DNA of 64,000 nucleotides from the IMG/VR virus record IMGVR_UViG_3300022848_000777, positions 96,001 to 160,000 of that record; one strand, 5' to 3'. The translations under genes and the position numbers were made by a program. Positions within the stretch are counted from its first letter, which is position 1, and every line of letters begins with the position of its first letter. Below the pieces are notes generated by a model. The model ran no database searches. It saw only the letters and a list, made by a program, of their open reading frames with translations, and had not been told where the DNA came from. Source of the stretch: a virus. Positions 22,352 to 33,351 of the stretch are shown piece after piece.

Positions 22352-23752
22352 ATGAAAGCAGAAATGTACCAAATACTATTTGATGTAGAAAATAAAAACC
22401 TCACATCTGAACAAGCTCAAGTTCAGTTATGTGAGTTATTAAGTTTACTTAATACCGCCCATCTAAATTCCTATGACACTTATTCAGGCGATGCTTTACA
22501 TAAAATCCCGTTTGGACTTTATGAGATATTTTGGAAATCAGGGGGGTCATCCCTTGCAAGTGTTGGTAATATGCACGATGGTGTGAGGTGGATCGCACCT
22601 AGTAACTGGACATCAGCGACTTCACCAACGGGTAGAATGGATAAACACGCAGATTCAATCGAGCGAATGGTTCTTTTGTATGGTACGTAATGGTAATAGA
22701 TAAAAACAAAGTAATAATAACACAACCAAGAATGTTATGTACGTGTTGCTATACAGAAAACTGCAAAGGTGAGTGCTGGATAACAATTAGATTTTATAGA
22801 TGGATAATGCGGGTATTAAATTAAAATATATAAAATGGAATTAGAAGAACAACTTCAAATAGTAAAGGAATTACTTGAAGCAACACAAGAACTTCAGGGA
22901 GAGTACCAAGATGGTTGGGATAACAGTATTGAAGGGGGTGAAAGGCTTTTGGAGTACCTACAACACAAATTTGATTATGAAAACAATTGTTTAACATGAG
23001 ACACCAAATAGAATTACAAAGATTAGAAGTGTGGGCAAATAAACAAGAGATACTATATGCTTCATGTACTAAATCTAAAAAGAAACTGTACGTTTTAATG
23101 AGTAATAAATTTAAAGTGTATAGTAAAGGTAAATTAGTATATGAAACAATAATCGCATCAGCAGCAGTAGAGGCTTACAACGAACTTTAATTATACCCAA
23201 CCCCGCAAAAACCCAAACAATGATAGACATCGACTTAATATCAAACATAGTAATAGGTGGCATAGACCAAGAAGACTTTCCTGACTTCTGCGATTCCTAC
23301 ATAGAATCAGGAACCTACAAAAGCAGAGATCTAACAGATATCGAGTTAGATGAGATAAACGAAGACTCGGCTTTTGTTTACGAGAAAACTATTGAATCTA
23401 TGTATTAGCTAATGACTAAACTATGTTTTGGTTGTTTTTACAACTTAAATATAGATTTTGTTAGCATTAGTACGGATTATTAACTAAAAAAATAAATAGA
23501 ATGAAAAAATTCAACATTAATGATTATATCTATATCCAGATAACAGAATTAGGATGGAAACACTTAGAGAAAACAGTAGGTAGTGAATACATAAAACATT
23601 GTATTAACGCTGACGGGTATAAAAAAGAGATAGATAACGAAACGTGGCATAGACTACAAGCGCATGACGTGTTTAGTTTATTACCTATGGGAACAGGATT
23701 TAATTTATTATACAATCCAAACGTAATGTTTGATGGGGATGCGTTAAAGTAG
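22352..23752 (+). CDS. hypothetical proteins within the array (22352-22690, 22987-23190, 23220-23408, 23501-23752)
   Basis: From the ORF track. 23501-23752 fills a complete cassette (23460-23765). Confidence 0.6.
23407..23466 (+). other. attC-like site
   Basis: AAT-GACTAAA-CTATGTTTTGGTTGT-TTTT-ACAACTTAAATATAG-ATTTT-GTT. Confidence 0.75.
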
Positions 23753-23758
23753 TATTAA

Positions 23759-23820
23759 TGCTAACGTTAAGGGTATGGTGTCGTTTGCTTTTCGCAAATG
23801 CACTATAACCAGTGTTGTGC
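23759..23820 (+). other. attC-like site
   Basis: TGCTAAC-GTTAA-GGGTATGGTG(T)CGTTTGC-TTTTC-GCAAATGCACTATAACC-AGT-GTTGTGC. Confidence 0.8.
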
Positions 23821-23855
23821 ATAGTACGGATTATTAAAAACTAAAATTAAATAGA

Positions 23856-24599
23856 ATGGAAATAAACAAAATATATAATGAAAATTGCCTTGATACAATG
23901 GCGAAAATGGAAGATAACTTTATTGACTTAATAGTTACATCACCACCTTATTTTAATGCTAAAGAATATTCACAATATGATAGCGTTTCAGAATATATGA
24001 GACAAATGAAAGATATTTTCTTAGAAACTGAAAGGGTGATTAAAGAGGGTAGGATGTGTGTTATAAATATTAGCCCTGTACTTGTTGCTAGGGAAAAAAG
24101 AAGTAAACAAAGCTATAGAATACCATTACCTTATTATTTTGTGCCTATGATGGAGGAAATAGGCTTTGAGTTTTTAGAGGACATTATATGGGAAAAGCCA
24201 GAAGGTGCTGCTGCAAATAGAAACGGTGGTTTTTTTAGGAGTAGAAAACCATTAGCATACAAGCCTAATATAGTTACAGAATATATATTAGTATTTAAGA
24301 AAAAGTCAAATTTATTAATAGATAAGTATTTAAAAAACAATAGCCTTGTTAGTGATGGTTATGAAAGGAGTAATATTTGGAAAATACAACCACAAACGAA
24401 AAGTAAGCGCCCAGCACCTTTCCCTGATGAAATTGCTGACAAATTAATAAAATACTATTCGTATGAAAATGATTTAGTTTATGACCCGTTTATGGGAAGT
24501 GGAACAACTGCAAAGATGGCTAAACTAAATAATAGAGATTTCATAGGTAGTGAAATGGTTGAGGATTACTGTGTAATTGCAAATGAACGATTAAAATAG
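23856..24599 (+). CDS. orphan DNA methyltransferase, beta class (probably N4-cytosine)
   Basis: Motif IV TSPPY precedes motif I DPFMGSGTT; PAPFP also present. It occupies a complete cassette. Confidence 0.92.
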   Translation: MEINKIYNENCLDTMAKMEDNFIDLIVTSPPYFNAKEYSQYDSVSEYMRQMKDIFLETERVIKEGRMCVINISPVLVAREKRSKQSYRIPLPYYFVPMMEEIGFEFLEDIIWEKPEGAAANRNGGFFRSRKPLAYKPNIVTEYILVFKKKSNLLIDKYLKNNSLVSDGYERSNIWKIQPQTKSKRPAPFPDEIADKLIKYYSYENDLVYDPFMGSGTTAKMAKLNNRDFIGSEMVEDYCVIANERLK

Positions 24600-24605
24600 T
24601 ATTAT

Positions 24606-24658
24606 GCACAACACAAGGCTAAACTGTCGTTTTCAATACAGTTTAGTTAATGTTATCT
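24606..24658 (+). other. attC-like site
   Basis: GCACAAC-ACAA-GGCTAAACTGT...ACAGTTTAGTT-AAT-GTT. Confidence 0.75.
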
Positions 24659-24683
24659 TTTGTTAATAAGTAAACTAAAAATT

Positions 24684-25252
24684 ATGAAAACAATTAATTT
24701 ATTTGGCAAAGAAATGCCAATTGAGAAAGAATACGAAGCAGCAGTTTGTGTATGGGAAACGATTGGTTCAAGTATTGATGATTATGAAGATGTTAAAATA
24801 AAACTAGGACAGAAAATATATAATATTAAAATATTGGAAACTGGTAGTATTATTTTTACAACATCACCAGATAGTAAAATTAATATGGTGACAATGTTTC
24901 CTCAAATGTTTGGATTTCCAAGCGATGAGCAACTAATTGAAGTTAAAAATTTAGAAGATATTATAAGCAAATCACATGATAAAATAAATGATATTTATAA
25001 TAGTATTGAACGAACTGGTTATACTGATATACCGTTTTAAAACTAAATATTATGAATGAAGATATTATAAAATTAAAAAACTTGATTGAAGAGTATGAAG
25101 AACTTTGTGAAGAATCTGAACAAATGAGCAAAGATTGGGAAAGTGGTTCTGAATGTGAATCGGCAATGGCAGACCCTAGCGACAAATATATGAAGGGTAT
25201 GCAGATTGAAGAAAAGCGCAATGAAATTAAGAGTGTCTTAAATACACTCTAA
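24684..25252 (+). CDS. two hypothetical proteins (24684-25040, 25052-25252)
   Basis: Lie between GTT 24652 and TAAC 25250-25253. These two ends do not pair, suggesting a deletion-fused pair of cassettes. Confidence 0.55.
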
Positions 25253-25284
25253 CGTTGAGTATAACAATTAAAAATAGATAAATT

Positions 25285-26226
25285 ATGAGTGTAAATTTTT
25301 TAAGTAAGGCTAACAGACAATTAATAATCGACCAATACTCAAGTAATAAACCACGTAAACAAGTTCAAGATGAACTAAGTGTATTTCTTAAAGTAACTCG
25401 TAGAACTATTAGGAGATACGCTAAAGAATTAAACTTAGGAATTAAAGCATCTCAATTAGTAGATGATAAAATTATGGTTTACGATATTGAGACAAGTCGA
25501 ACAGAGGCAACCGTTTGGTGGACTGGTAAACAGTACATAAACCATAAGCAATTAAGAACAGAACCTAAAATGATTAGTGTTGCTTGGAAGTGGCTAGGTC
25601 AAGACGAAGTGCATTATCTAACTTGGGATAAAAACCATTGCGACAAGAAAATGTTAGAATCGTTTTTAAAGCATTATAATAAGGCATCTATGGTAATAGG
25701 TCAGAACAATAATTCATTTGATAATAAGTGGGTTAATACACGTGCAGCAAAGCATAAGTTACGAGTTGATAGATATGTAAAGTCCTTTGATATTTACAGA
25801 ATGGCAAAACGATATTTTAGATTACCAAGTTTCTCAATGGCTTATATGGCTAAGTACTTTGGATTAACATTAAAGCAATCTCACGAAGGTACACATATGT
25901 GGGATATGATTGAGTACGGTAGTAAAGCCGAACAAGCTGAGTACTTAGGTAAAATGGTGGATTATAACAAAGGGGATATTGTAACTACTGAGGAATTGTA
26001 TATGACTTTAAAACCTTATTTTGGTAGTGTAACTAATAATGCAGTTAAGCGAGGTTTACCTAAATGGGCGTGTCCTGTGAGTGGTTGTGTAGAAGTTAGG
26101 TTATTAAAAACTATTTTTACAGAGCAAGGAACAGTACAAAGGATTTTGTTTTGTGATGAGAGCCAACACCAATATAAGGTAAGTAATAAGTCTTATATGG
26201 ATTTCTTACAACGTAAAATGATATAA
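25285..26226 (+). CDS. RNase H-like (DEDD/PolB-type 3'-5') exonuclease with N-terminal HTH
   Basis: VYDIET, GQNNNSFDNKW, YNKGDIVTTEELY. Confidence 0.8.
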   Translation: MSVNFLSKANRQLIIDQYSSNKPRKQVQDELSVFLKVTRRTIRRYAKELNLGIKASQLVDDKIMVYDIETSRTEATVWWTGKQYINHKQLRTEPKMISVAWKWLGQDEVHYLTWDKNHCDKKMLESFLKHYNKASMVIGQNNNSFDNKWVNTRAAKHKLRVDRYVKSFDIYRMAKRYFRLPSFSMAYMAKYFGLTLKQSHEGTHMWDMIEYGSKAEQAEYLGKMVDYNKGDIVTTEELYMTLKPYFGSVTNNAVKRGLPKWACPVSGCVEVRLLKTIFTEQGTVQRILFCDESQHQYKVSNKSYMDFLQRKMI

Positions 26227-26240
26227 AATAATATAGTATT

Positions 26241-26271
26241 AAAACCCGATAATTAACAATATCGGGTTTTT
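26241..26271 (+). terminator. intrinsic terminator
   Basis: aaaacccgat...atcgggttttt. Confidence 0.75.
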
Positions 26272-26868
26272 AAATGTTAAATTTGTTTATATGGTTTATT
26301 TGTTGTAAATTTGAGATAAAGAACACAGAACGAATGTGAATAATCAAAATGATGAAGTGGATAAAAATAAATAAAGACACTAAGATAAAACCATATGTTA
26401 AGATAGCATTTTTAACAAACCACATTATGTTTCCAGATAATGCTTATTTTGGAATATATAGTGATGTAACAAAAGAATATCATACTGATGGCAAAACCTT
26501 CGAAAGAGATGAAGTTACTCACTTCTTCTATGTGGAGAAGGTTGGTGTGTTGGACTTGAGTATTATGCAAAAGCAGTTTAATGAAATACTAGATAATCTT
26601 AGCCAAAAAGACATTAAAGATGGGGCTGATGGGGGTTAATAAAACTAATTAATTATGGGAATGGATATAGACTTTATAGCAGCCGACCAAGCAATAGATA
26701 AGTTGAAAAAGAAACTTAGTAGTATTGACCACGGAGAAAGAGAAAAGATAGCAGACGAGATAATACTTGCAGTAGATAAAATATGTAAAGAAAACTAATG
26801 AATAATTAATAAATATGTATTTATAGGTAGATGTTAATAAACAATCTGATAACCTAAAACCCTATACT

Positions 26869-27822
26869 ATGATAACTCAACTACCTGATGAATCAAAAAT
26901 TCCCAACATTCCAAACAAATATCAAAAAGCAGTAGACTTTTATATGGATGTAATCTATGATGATCGTGGGGATGGGAGAGGAAAGCTCGACCTATATCGA
27001 CCCGCTAATGTAACAGGTGTAACCCCCTGTCTTATTTATATTCACGGTGGTGGTTTTGTTAGTGGTGATAAAAGTGCAATTATCCGATCAGCATTCAATG
27101 ACTTACTTAAAAAATGCATTATGAGTGGTATCTCCATTATCTCAATAAACTACACCCTCACTAACAAATTATCAGATTCTCAGGGAATTGGTAGAGCTAT
27201 AGACTCGATTGGTGAGGCATTAAAAGAAATTAAACTTAGTACTGATATATTACAGATTGACCCAGACAATATAGGATATTGGGGATCGAGTGCTGGTGGA
27301 TATGCCGCAATGTGGTATTCTATGAAAGAATTTGGAACCATTGAAAACCCAATCAAAGGTAAGTTCGCCATTTCGTTCAAACCAAATGCTACAATGAATT
27401 TATTCAAAATTGAAGAATTGGGATTACTGGGGCCTGATGTGACATTAAATAGTGTATTACAAGATGCTGAATTAGCAGAGGCGTGTGTTCCTTGGTTTGG
27501 ATTAAACGCAATTCCACAATCGGTAACGGATTTACAACCAGGTTTGGGGATTATGGAAAAGTACGATCCATATTTTCAAGAAATGTTCACATCAACGGCA
27601 AGTCCATTCTATTGTGTTATTGATGCTCCTGATGAGTTACCTGCTGAAAAAGTAGAGTACGTTCATAACCCAGCTAATGGTGCTGCATTAGAAAAAGCAT
27701 ATCGTGAAGCTGGAGCCACTGCATATGTATGGGGTACTAATAATATAAATCCAGTAGATTCATTACCACCAACAGGAAGACCTGGATTAGTAGAATGGAT
27801 GTTGGGGCAGTTTAACATATAA
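26869..27822 (+). CDS. alpha/beta-hydrolase esterase (HSL/carbohydrate-esterase-like)
   Basis: LDLYRP, IHGGGF oxyanion motif, nucleophile elbow WGSSAGG, C-terminal His (YVHNP). Confidence 0.88.
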   Translation: MITQLPDESKIPNIPNKYQKAVDFYMDVIYDDRGDGRGKLDLYRPANVTGVTPCLIYIHGGGFVSGDKSAIIRSAFNDLLKKCIMSGISIISINYTLTNKLSDSQGIGRAIDSIGEALKEIKLSTDILQIDPDNIGYWGSSAGGYAAMWYSMKEFGTIENPIKGKFAISFKPNATMNLFKIEELGLLGPDVTLNSVLQDAELAEACVPWFGLNAIPQSVTDLQPGLGIMEKYDPYFQEMFTSTASPFYCVIDAPDELPAEKVEYVHNPANGAALEKAYREAGATAYVWGTNNINPVDSLPPTGRPGLVEWMLGQFNI

Positions 27823-27841
27823 TATAAAACACAAAAATAAA

Positions 27842-28942
27842 ATGGCAAAATTCGGTTGGAATACAAAGGGAACTCTAGGAGTTCCAAAATTGAAATCTTT
27901 TAGTGATTTTCTTAAAGATAATGATATAAAAGATATATGGTTACGAATACAAGGTGGTACTATATCTCAAAAAGAATATAACGTAGATTGGAAAGATTCA
28001 GATATTCAAGCATGGGGGGATTTATATAAAGCAAATCCAACAGTTAATCTAGTGTTTGTTATTAATATGAATGAACTTCCTGAGAACATAAAATTACTTT
28101 TTAATAGATTTTTAGCAGTAGGATGTAAGTTTGCTTTTATTGAATTTGGAAATGAGCAGTATCAACATAAATATAGACTTTCTAAAGACAAACCCGAAGT
28201 GACACCCCGTACAAAAGCAATGACTCCTGAAAAGTATTTAAATTTATGCGATCAATACCTTGCACAATTCATTGGATATGATTTAGCGTTTCAACTCGCA
28301 CCAAACAAAGGTACAAACATAGATCAGTTTTACAATAACTGGAATGATGTAGTTCTTAATTACACAAAGAATATGCCTACAGTAAATTATACGATGCACG
28401 TGTATGCAAATGCTGGCTTTCGTTGGGAATTAATTTCTGAAATACAAGAAAAAATTAAAAATAAGTTCTTAGCTATTACTGAATTTGGTGCAGCCGATGC
28501 TGCTGATGGTGAGCAAAATGATCTATCAGAAGAAGAAGTTTTTAAAATGATTCAAGATGTTGCTAATATTCTAAGCGAAGAATTAAGAATTCAAGACATT
28601 GCATTTGATCAAGTACTATGGGTTCCTTGGGAAACTACTGCAATTGCTTTTAAAGATGGACAACTTACACCTAAAGGACAATTAGTTTTAGATGCATTTA
28701 CACCAGAAGTTGTTGATGTAGAGGAACCAGTAGAACCAACTATTATTGTATTAACTTCATATTGGTCAACTTATCAAAGAACTTTTTGGGGTAGATTAAA
28801 AGTATATCAAGAATTAAGCTTTTCAGATGATTCCGTTATCCATAACGTTGTTAAATTTAATAGAAGAAAGGGTAACGGTAAAGTAATAACTAATAAGCAT
28901 TTAGGGAAAACATTTGAAGAAATAGAAAAATTAATATCGTAA
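27842..28942 (+). CDS. putative clan GH-A glycoside hydrolase
   Basis: IEFGNE (acid/base), TMHVY and AITEFG (nucleophile) spaced as in a TIM barrel. Confidence 0.7.
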   Translation: MAKFGWNTKGTLGVPKLKSFSDFLKDNDIKDIWLRIQGGTISQKEYNVDWKDSDIQAWGDLYKANPTVNLVFVINMNELPENIKLLFNRFLAVGCKFAFIEFGNEQYQHKYRLSKDKPEVTPRTKAMTPEKYLNLCDQYLAQFIGYDLAFQLAPNKGTNIDQFYNNWNDVVLNYTKNMPTVNYTMHVYANAGFRWELISEIQEKIKNKFLAITEFGAADAADGEQNDLSEEEVFKMIQDVANILSEELRIQDIAFDQVLWVPWETTAIAFKDGQLTPKGQLVLDAFTPEVVDVEEPVEPTIIVLTSYWSTYQRTFWGRLKVYQELSFSDDSVIHNVVKFNRRKGNGKVITNKHLGKTFEEIEKLIS

Positions 28943-29052
28943 ATAAACCTTAACAATTCCTTAACATTAAAAGCTTGGACATCCCAAGCTTTTTTCGTAT
29001 CTTTATTTTGTTGGGTTGGGGAAGTAACCTCACCAATTTAAAATTCAAAGAT

Positions 29053-32000
29053 ATGACATTTTATTTAGCTAATTATGATGGTAAATCGTACTTGAAGCGT
29101 GGTAAACGTGGGGTTATAACTGAGGTAACTACTGGAAAAGAGTTCACCAGTTTAGGTGAAAATCCAATTTCATATGGAATGGCAATGGCATTTGAAACAG
29201 CAGTAAAACTTAAAATATAATATTATGAGAACGATAGTAACTAACAAAATTCAATCAGTGGATACCAGACCACCAAGATTAATTTATTCTTTATTGGAGT
29301 GTGAAACTGTTTTTCGTGAGTATAAGAAAACCGCATGGTATCGATCTGACATCAAAGAGGGGTTTTACAAAGTAGAGATATTTCACAGTGGGCAATCTTA
29401 TTTAGGAATCGAAAATCCGCTCGGGGAAAACGAATCTGTTTATTTTGATAAAATCAAAAGAAAAGTTATGAGAAAACCAACTACTATTGTTACTATGGTA
29501 TCAGGCAAATCTTATACTTTTTCGTTTTTGACGGAAACCGATGCAAAGGATTACTCAGATTTTGTAAAAAAATCCATCTCCAATGGAGATATTACGTTTT
29601 TGGAATTACCTAAAAGATAATGTGTTATGAAAAATCAAACAAATAAAATAGATTTAAGAAACTGTGAGACTGGGGATTTGTTATTTAGCTCATTAGGTGC
29701 TAGATTGGTGTATATTCGACCTACTAATGATGATGAGTACTTAGATCACTTAGTTAAGTATATCAATATTCCAAATGTGAAATGTGGTTATAACTGTTTT
29801 GGAACTAGAACACATGATGGATTCACTTTCGCAAAGAATAGAAAGCCCGAAACTGATCACGATATTATTGAAGTAATTAAAGTAAAGGACTTATTTGGTA
29901 AAAATTAAAATATATGAAAAAATTAAGAAAATTAAAAGTGGGTATGTTAGTAGCATCAACTAGACCACTTAGGGAATGTGGGGATCGGTATTGCATTGGA
30001 ACTGTTTTTAGTATAACATCCAATTTTATTATGATAGATGATGTTTCATCTGGAGAATCAATATGCCGTAGATTGCCCATAGTTTATACGCGTGTATTGA
30101 AGAAACTCAGTACTAAGAAATTCGCACGACGATTGTGTGATTCTTTGGTTGATAATCAACCGATTGGGGTAGATTTGGGTGAACTTACTGTAATTGAAGA
30201 TGAAATTCCTAAATTACAATCAACTTTAGCGGATTCATTTCAAAAGTATACTGATCGGAATATTGGAGTCTCTATGGACTCAGATAGACTTGGTGATGGT
30301 AGTGGTGGGTGGATTGAGATTAAAAAAGATGATATTACATTTGTCATCAGTTTTGATGGTGATGGTAAAGAAGTGGATGGAATGGCAGTTTTTAAGGATA
30401 CTGTCGAAAGTGTTAGTACTGATGTAGTTTATAAAATGTAAAAATAGCAAAATGAAAAAACGTAAATTAATTGAAGTAGATCAAGAATGTGGTGTTGTTT
30501 GTGATAATCCTGTTTGTGATTTTGAAATCAAAAACGAAACTGGAGACCCGAATGTCGATATAGATATGTATCTAAATGTACCTTGCCCTCGATGTGGTGA
30601 TAACTTACTAACAGAGGGTGATCTATACCGATACAAGAAATTTTTGAGAGTTATTAATTTTATAAACAAATGGTTCAGTTGGTTGGTAATATTCTCAAGT
30701 GGTAAAAATTATAAAGAAGTTAAGGTGTCGGTGCATAATGAAATAAAATTAGAAATCGAGAAGTAATTTAACAATTTATTAACATATCATATTTGGATAT
30801 TACAACTATTGTTCTTATATTGTTTATGTAATGATTAATAACCCTCTAAAGATAAATAAATGACCACAGTAAAAGAAATGAGTAAATGGTTAAAACAATT
30901 CCCTGATGAAACTGAGGTTAAAGTTGGGATTCAAACCAATGGTGGGAATTGGGAACCCTTCGGCCCCGTTAGTTTTGAGGATATAAATATCACATCTGAG
31001 GAAAATAACTCAGATGGTACTGGTTGGGAATTTTTTGATTCGACTCAAAATAGGTTCATAAAAAACGACCATCCATTATTTGGTAAAAAAATACTATTCA
31101 TTGGTGAATCTTGTTAAATAAAAAATAAATTAATATGGTAGATCAAAAAGATTTTGAAGCATTAATAATTGTGGTATCATTTGTATGTACAATTATGTAT
31201 GTTATAGCGTCGGCATACTTACTAGGACTTGCTATTAAGTACATTCCACAGTTGGGTGATATTAAGAAAAAAGAAGATGATATTTAAAATATAAATATAT
31301 TATGAAGGGATTAAATTTAATTGATGTAATTGGAACGTGTGGTTTAATCGCAATCACAATGGCATTGATTTATTTCGATAAATCAGGGGCTTGGTTCCCT
31401 ATTGCAATATTAGGAATCGTAACAATTTTTAATAAAGAATAAATATGAGTCCAATTGCTGTATTTGTATATCGAATGAAGCGAGTTGGTATTGATGTTAA
31501 ACTTATAGGGAATCTCCCTTGGATCTACATCAACGAAATTAATGGAAAGATTGTAACTGAAAAGTATCAAGGTGATCATGGATTTACTTTAGCCCTTGGA
31601 TCAATCAGAGAAGCGGGGAAAACTAAATTCACAAATATATCCAAAATTTTCAATCTAATTAGAAAATATCGTAAGTATGAAAAATGTAAGAGTTAATGTG
31701 GTAACACAAGCCTATGAAAATTACAATCCAGATCACTCAGATGAATTTCCGAATGATGTGTGGAAACCTAAAGGTTTTCAAACATTCCAAGTTGATTTAG
31801 ATAATGATGATGTGTTATTCACTGGCATTAATGTACTTATAAGTGCAATTAAAGATTCTATCAAAGATAAATCTGATGAGCATTGGAGATATACGTATAT
31901 CAAACATGAAGTTCAGTGGACATCTGCTATAGAACTATCATCTGAGGTAATTACTGAAAAATTACGTGAACATTATGAATTAGAGCGATCCATTGCGAAT

Positions 32001-32411
32001 TCATCAGAAAATAATTAAAATAAACTATACATAATAATGAAAAATTTAATATTAATTGCAAGTATTTTACTAATAAGTACCATCTCACCTGCCCAATCAT
32101 TTCAAAATTTATGTGAGAAGAATAAGACCAAGTACACTTTAATTATTCCAGATTCAACATTTCAATTATCCCTTTTGAGGGATACGATAGATAGCCCTAG
32201 TGGGTTTTTCAAAGAAAAAGGTAAAATTGAAGTAAGTTATTGTAGAAACTCTATGGATTTGATTATTGCATTTGAGTTTAATAGAATGTACATAACATTA
32301 CCATATAAATACCAATCAAAGAAATTGAAGTTGATATTGTTAAATGGTGATATAGTTCAAAAAAATGACACTACAATATCATATAGAACCCCACCAAAGG
32401 GAAAATTTTAA
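29053..32411 (+). CDS. run of small hypothetical genes
   Basis: 29053-29220, 29225-29620, 29627-29908, 29914-30441, 30452-30766 (CxxxxC...CxxC zinc ribbon), 30860-31117, 31445-31696, 31677-32018, 32037-32411 (signal peptide). Confidence 0.55.
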
Positions 32412-32416
32412 ATTAA

Positions 32417-33010
32417 ATGGAAATAAATAATATCGAAGTTGCGAATCACTTTCTAAAATTCAGATCGGATGATGATTTTTATTATCTACAGATTCTACAG
32501 AGGAAAAAAGAAAACCCTGAATTGGGATCTAATAGTAGAGTGATTAAAAACTACTATATCAATAGTTTAGATTATCTTAACCGAAGGTATGATAGTGAGA
32601 TTATCCCACTATGTAAGCATTTTAATGCTAGAGCAATGCTACGTCTAAACGTTCGTAGTTATCGCAAAGTTGCATATAAATCTATGCAAAATATTGCTAA
32701 CTCAATGGCTAATGGTGAATATGAGTTTATTAAAAAATCATATGATCGGGCGGTTGGAAACGGCCACAATGATGATGTGAAGAAATGGATTTTGGATATT
32801 GATGGTAATATTGATTCTGATTACATAAACCAACTACGTAAATATCTCATAGATCAAAAGCCGTGGGATGATGATAAGGTTTTGTATCAAATGCCTACAA
32901 AAAATGGCATTCATTTAATTACAACACCATTTGATTTACGAAACTTTGGTGTGATTTATCCAGATATCGAAATCCATAAAGATAACCCAATTAATTTGTA
33001 TATTCCTTAG
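32417..33010 (+). CDS. hypothetical protein with AEP primase-polymerase-like motifs
   Basis: WILDID (DxD) and TKNGIHLIT (GxH) motifs. Confidence 0.45.
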   Translation: MEINNIEVANHFLKFRSDDDFYYLQILQRKKENPELGSNSRVIKNYYINSLDYLNRRYDSEIIPLCKHFNARAMLRLNVRSYRKVAYKSMQNIANSMANGEYEFIKKSYDRAVGNGHNDDVKKWILDIDGNIDSDYINQLRKYLIDQKPWDDDKVLYQMPTKNGIHLITTPFDLRNFGVIYPDIEIHKDNPINLYIP

Positions 33011-33066
33011 ATATAAAGATCATACAGTTAAATTACGAATACAATACACATTAAAGAAAATAAAAT

Positions 33067-33351
33067 ATGAACGTACATGAATACCTGCTAACGACAGTTG
33101 GTGAAGAATGCTCAGAAACACACCACAGATGTAGTAAAGCTCTAAAATTCGGTTGGGATGAAGTTCAGATAGGTCAAACTAAGGCAAATAAGGATCGAAT
33201 CCTTTATGAGTTTAATGATCTATTAGCTTCGATGGAAATGTTATACGAAACTGATATTGAAGAATTGATAAACCGTGATCAGATGGATAAGAAGGCGAAA
33301 AAGATAAAACAATATATGAGATATTCAAGAAAACAAGGAACCTTAACATAA
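33067..33351 (+). CDS. MazG-like nucleotide pyrophosphohydrolase
   Basis: EECSE...SKALKFG...EFNDL (ExxE...ExxD). Confidence 0.7.
   Translation: MNVHEYLLTTVGEECSETHHRCSKALKFGWDEVQIGQTKANKDRILYEFNDLLASMEMLYETDIEELINRDQMDKKAKKIKQYMRYSRKQGTLT

Larger units (their letters stand above)
17503..25265 (+). mobile_element. integron-like gene-cassette array (no integrase in window)
   Basis: Cassettes whose two ends are complementary: 17503-17683, 18947-19109, 20187-20659, 20741-20937, 21096-21279, 21358-21598, 21964-22102, 23460-23765, 23814-24612. Six intact attC-like hairpins and many half-sites lie between them. Confidence 0.8.

Noticed and set aside
17503-25265. Complete classical integron, or plain rho-independent terminators between genes
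   Set aside because: No tyrosine recombinase ORF is in the window, so it is not a complete integron. The hairpins lack U-tracts, and terminators cannot explain cassette-specific pairing of ends hundreds of bp apart.
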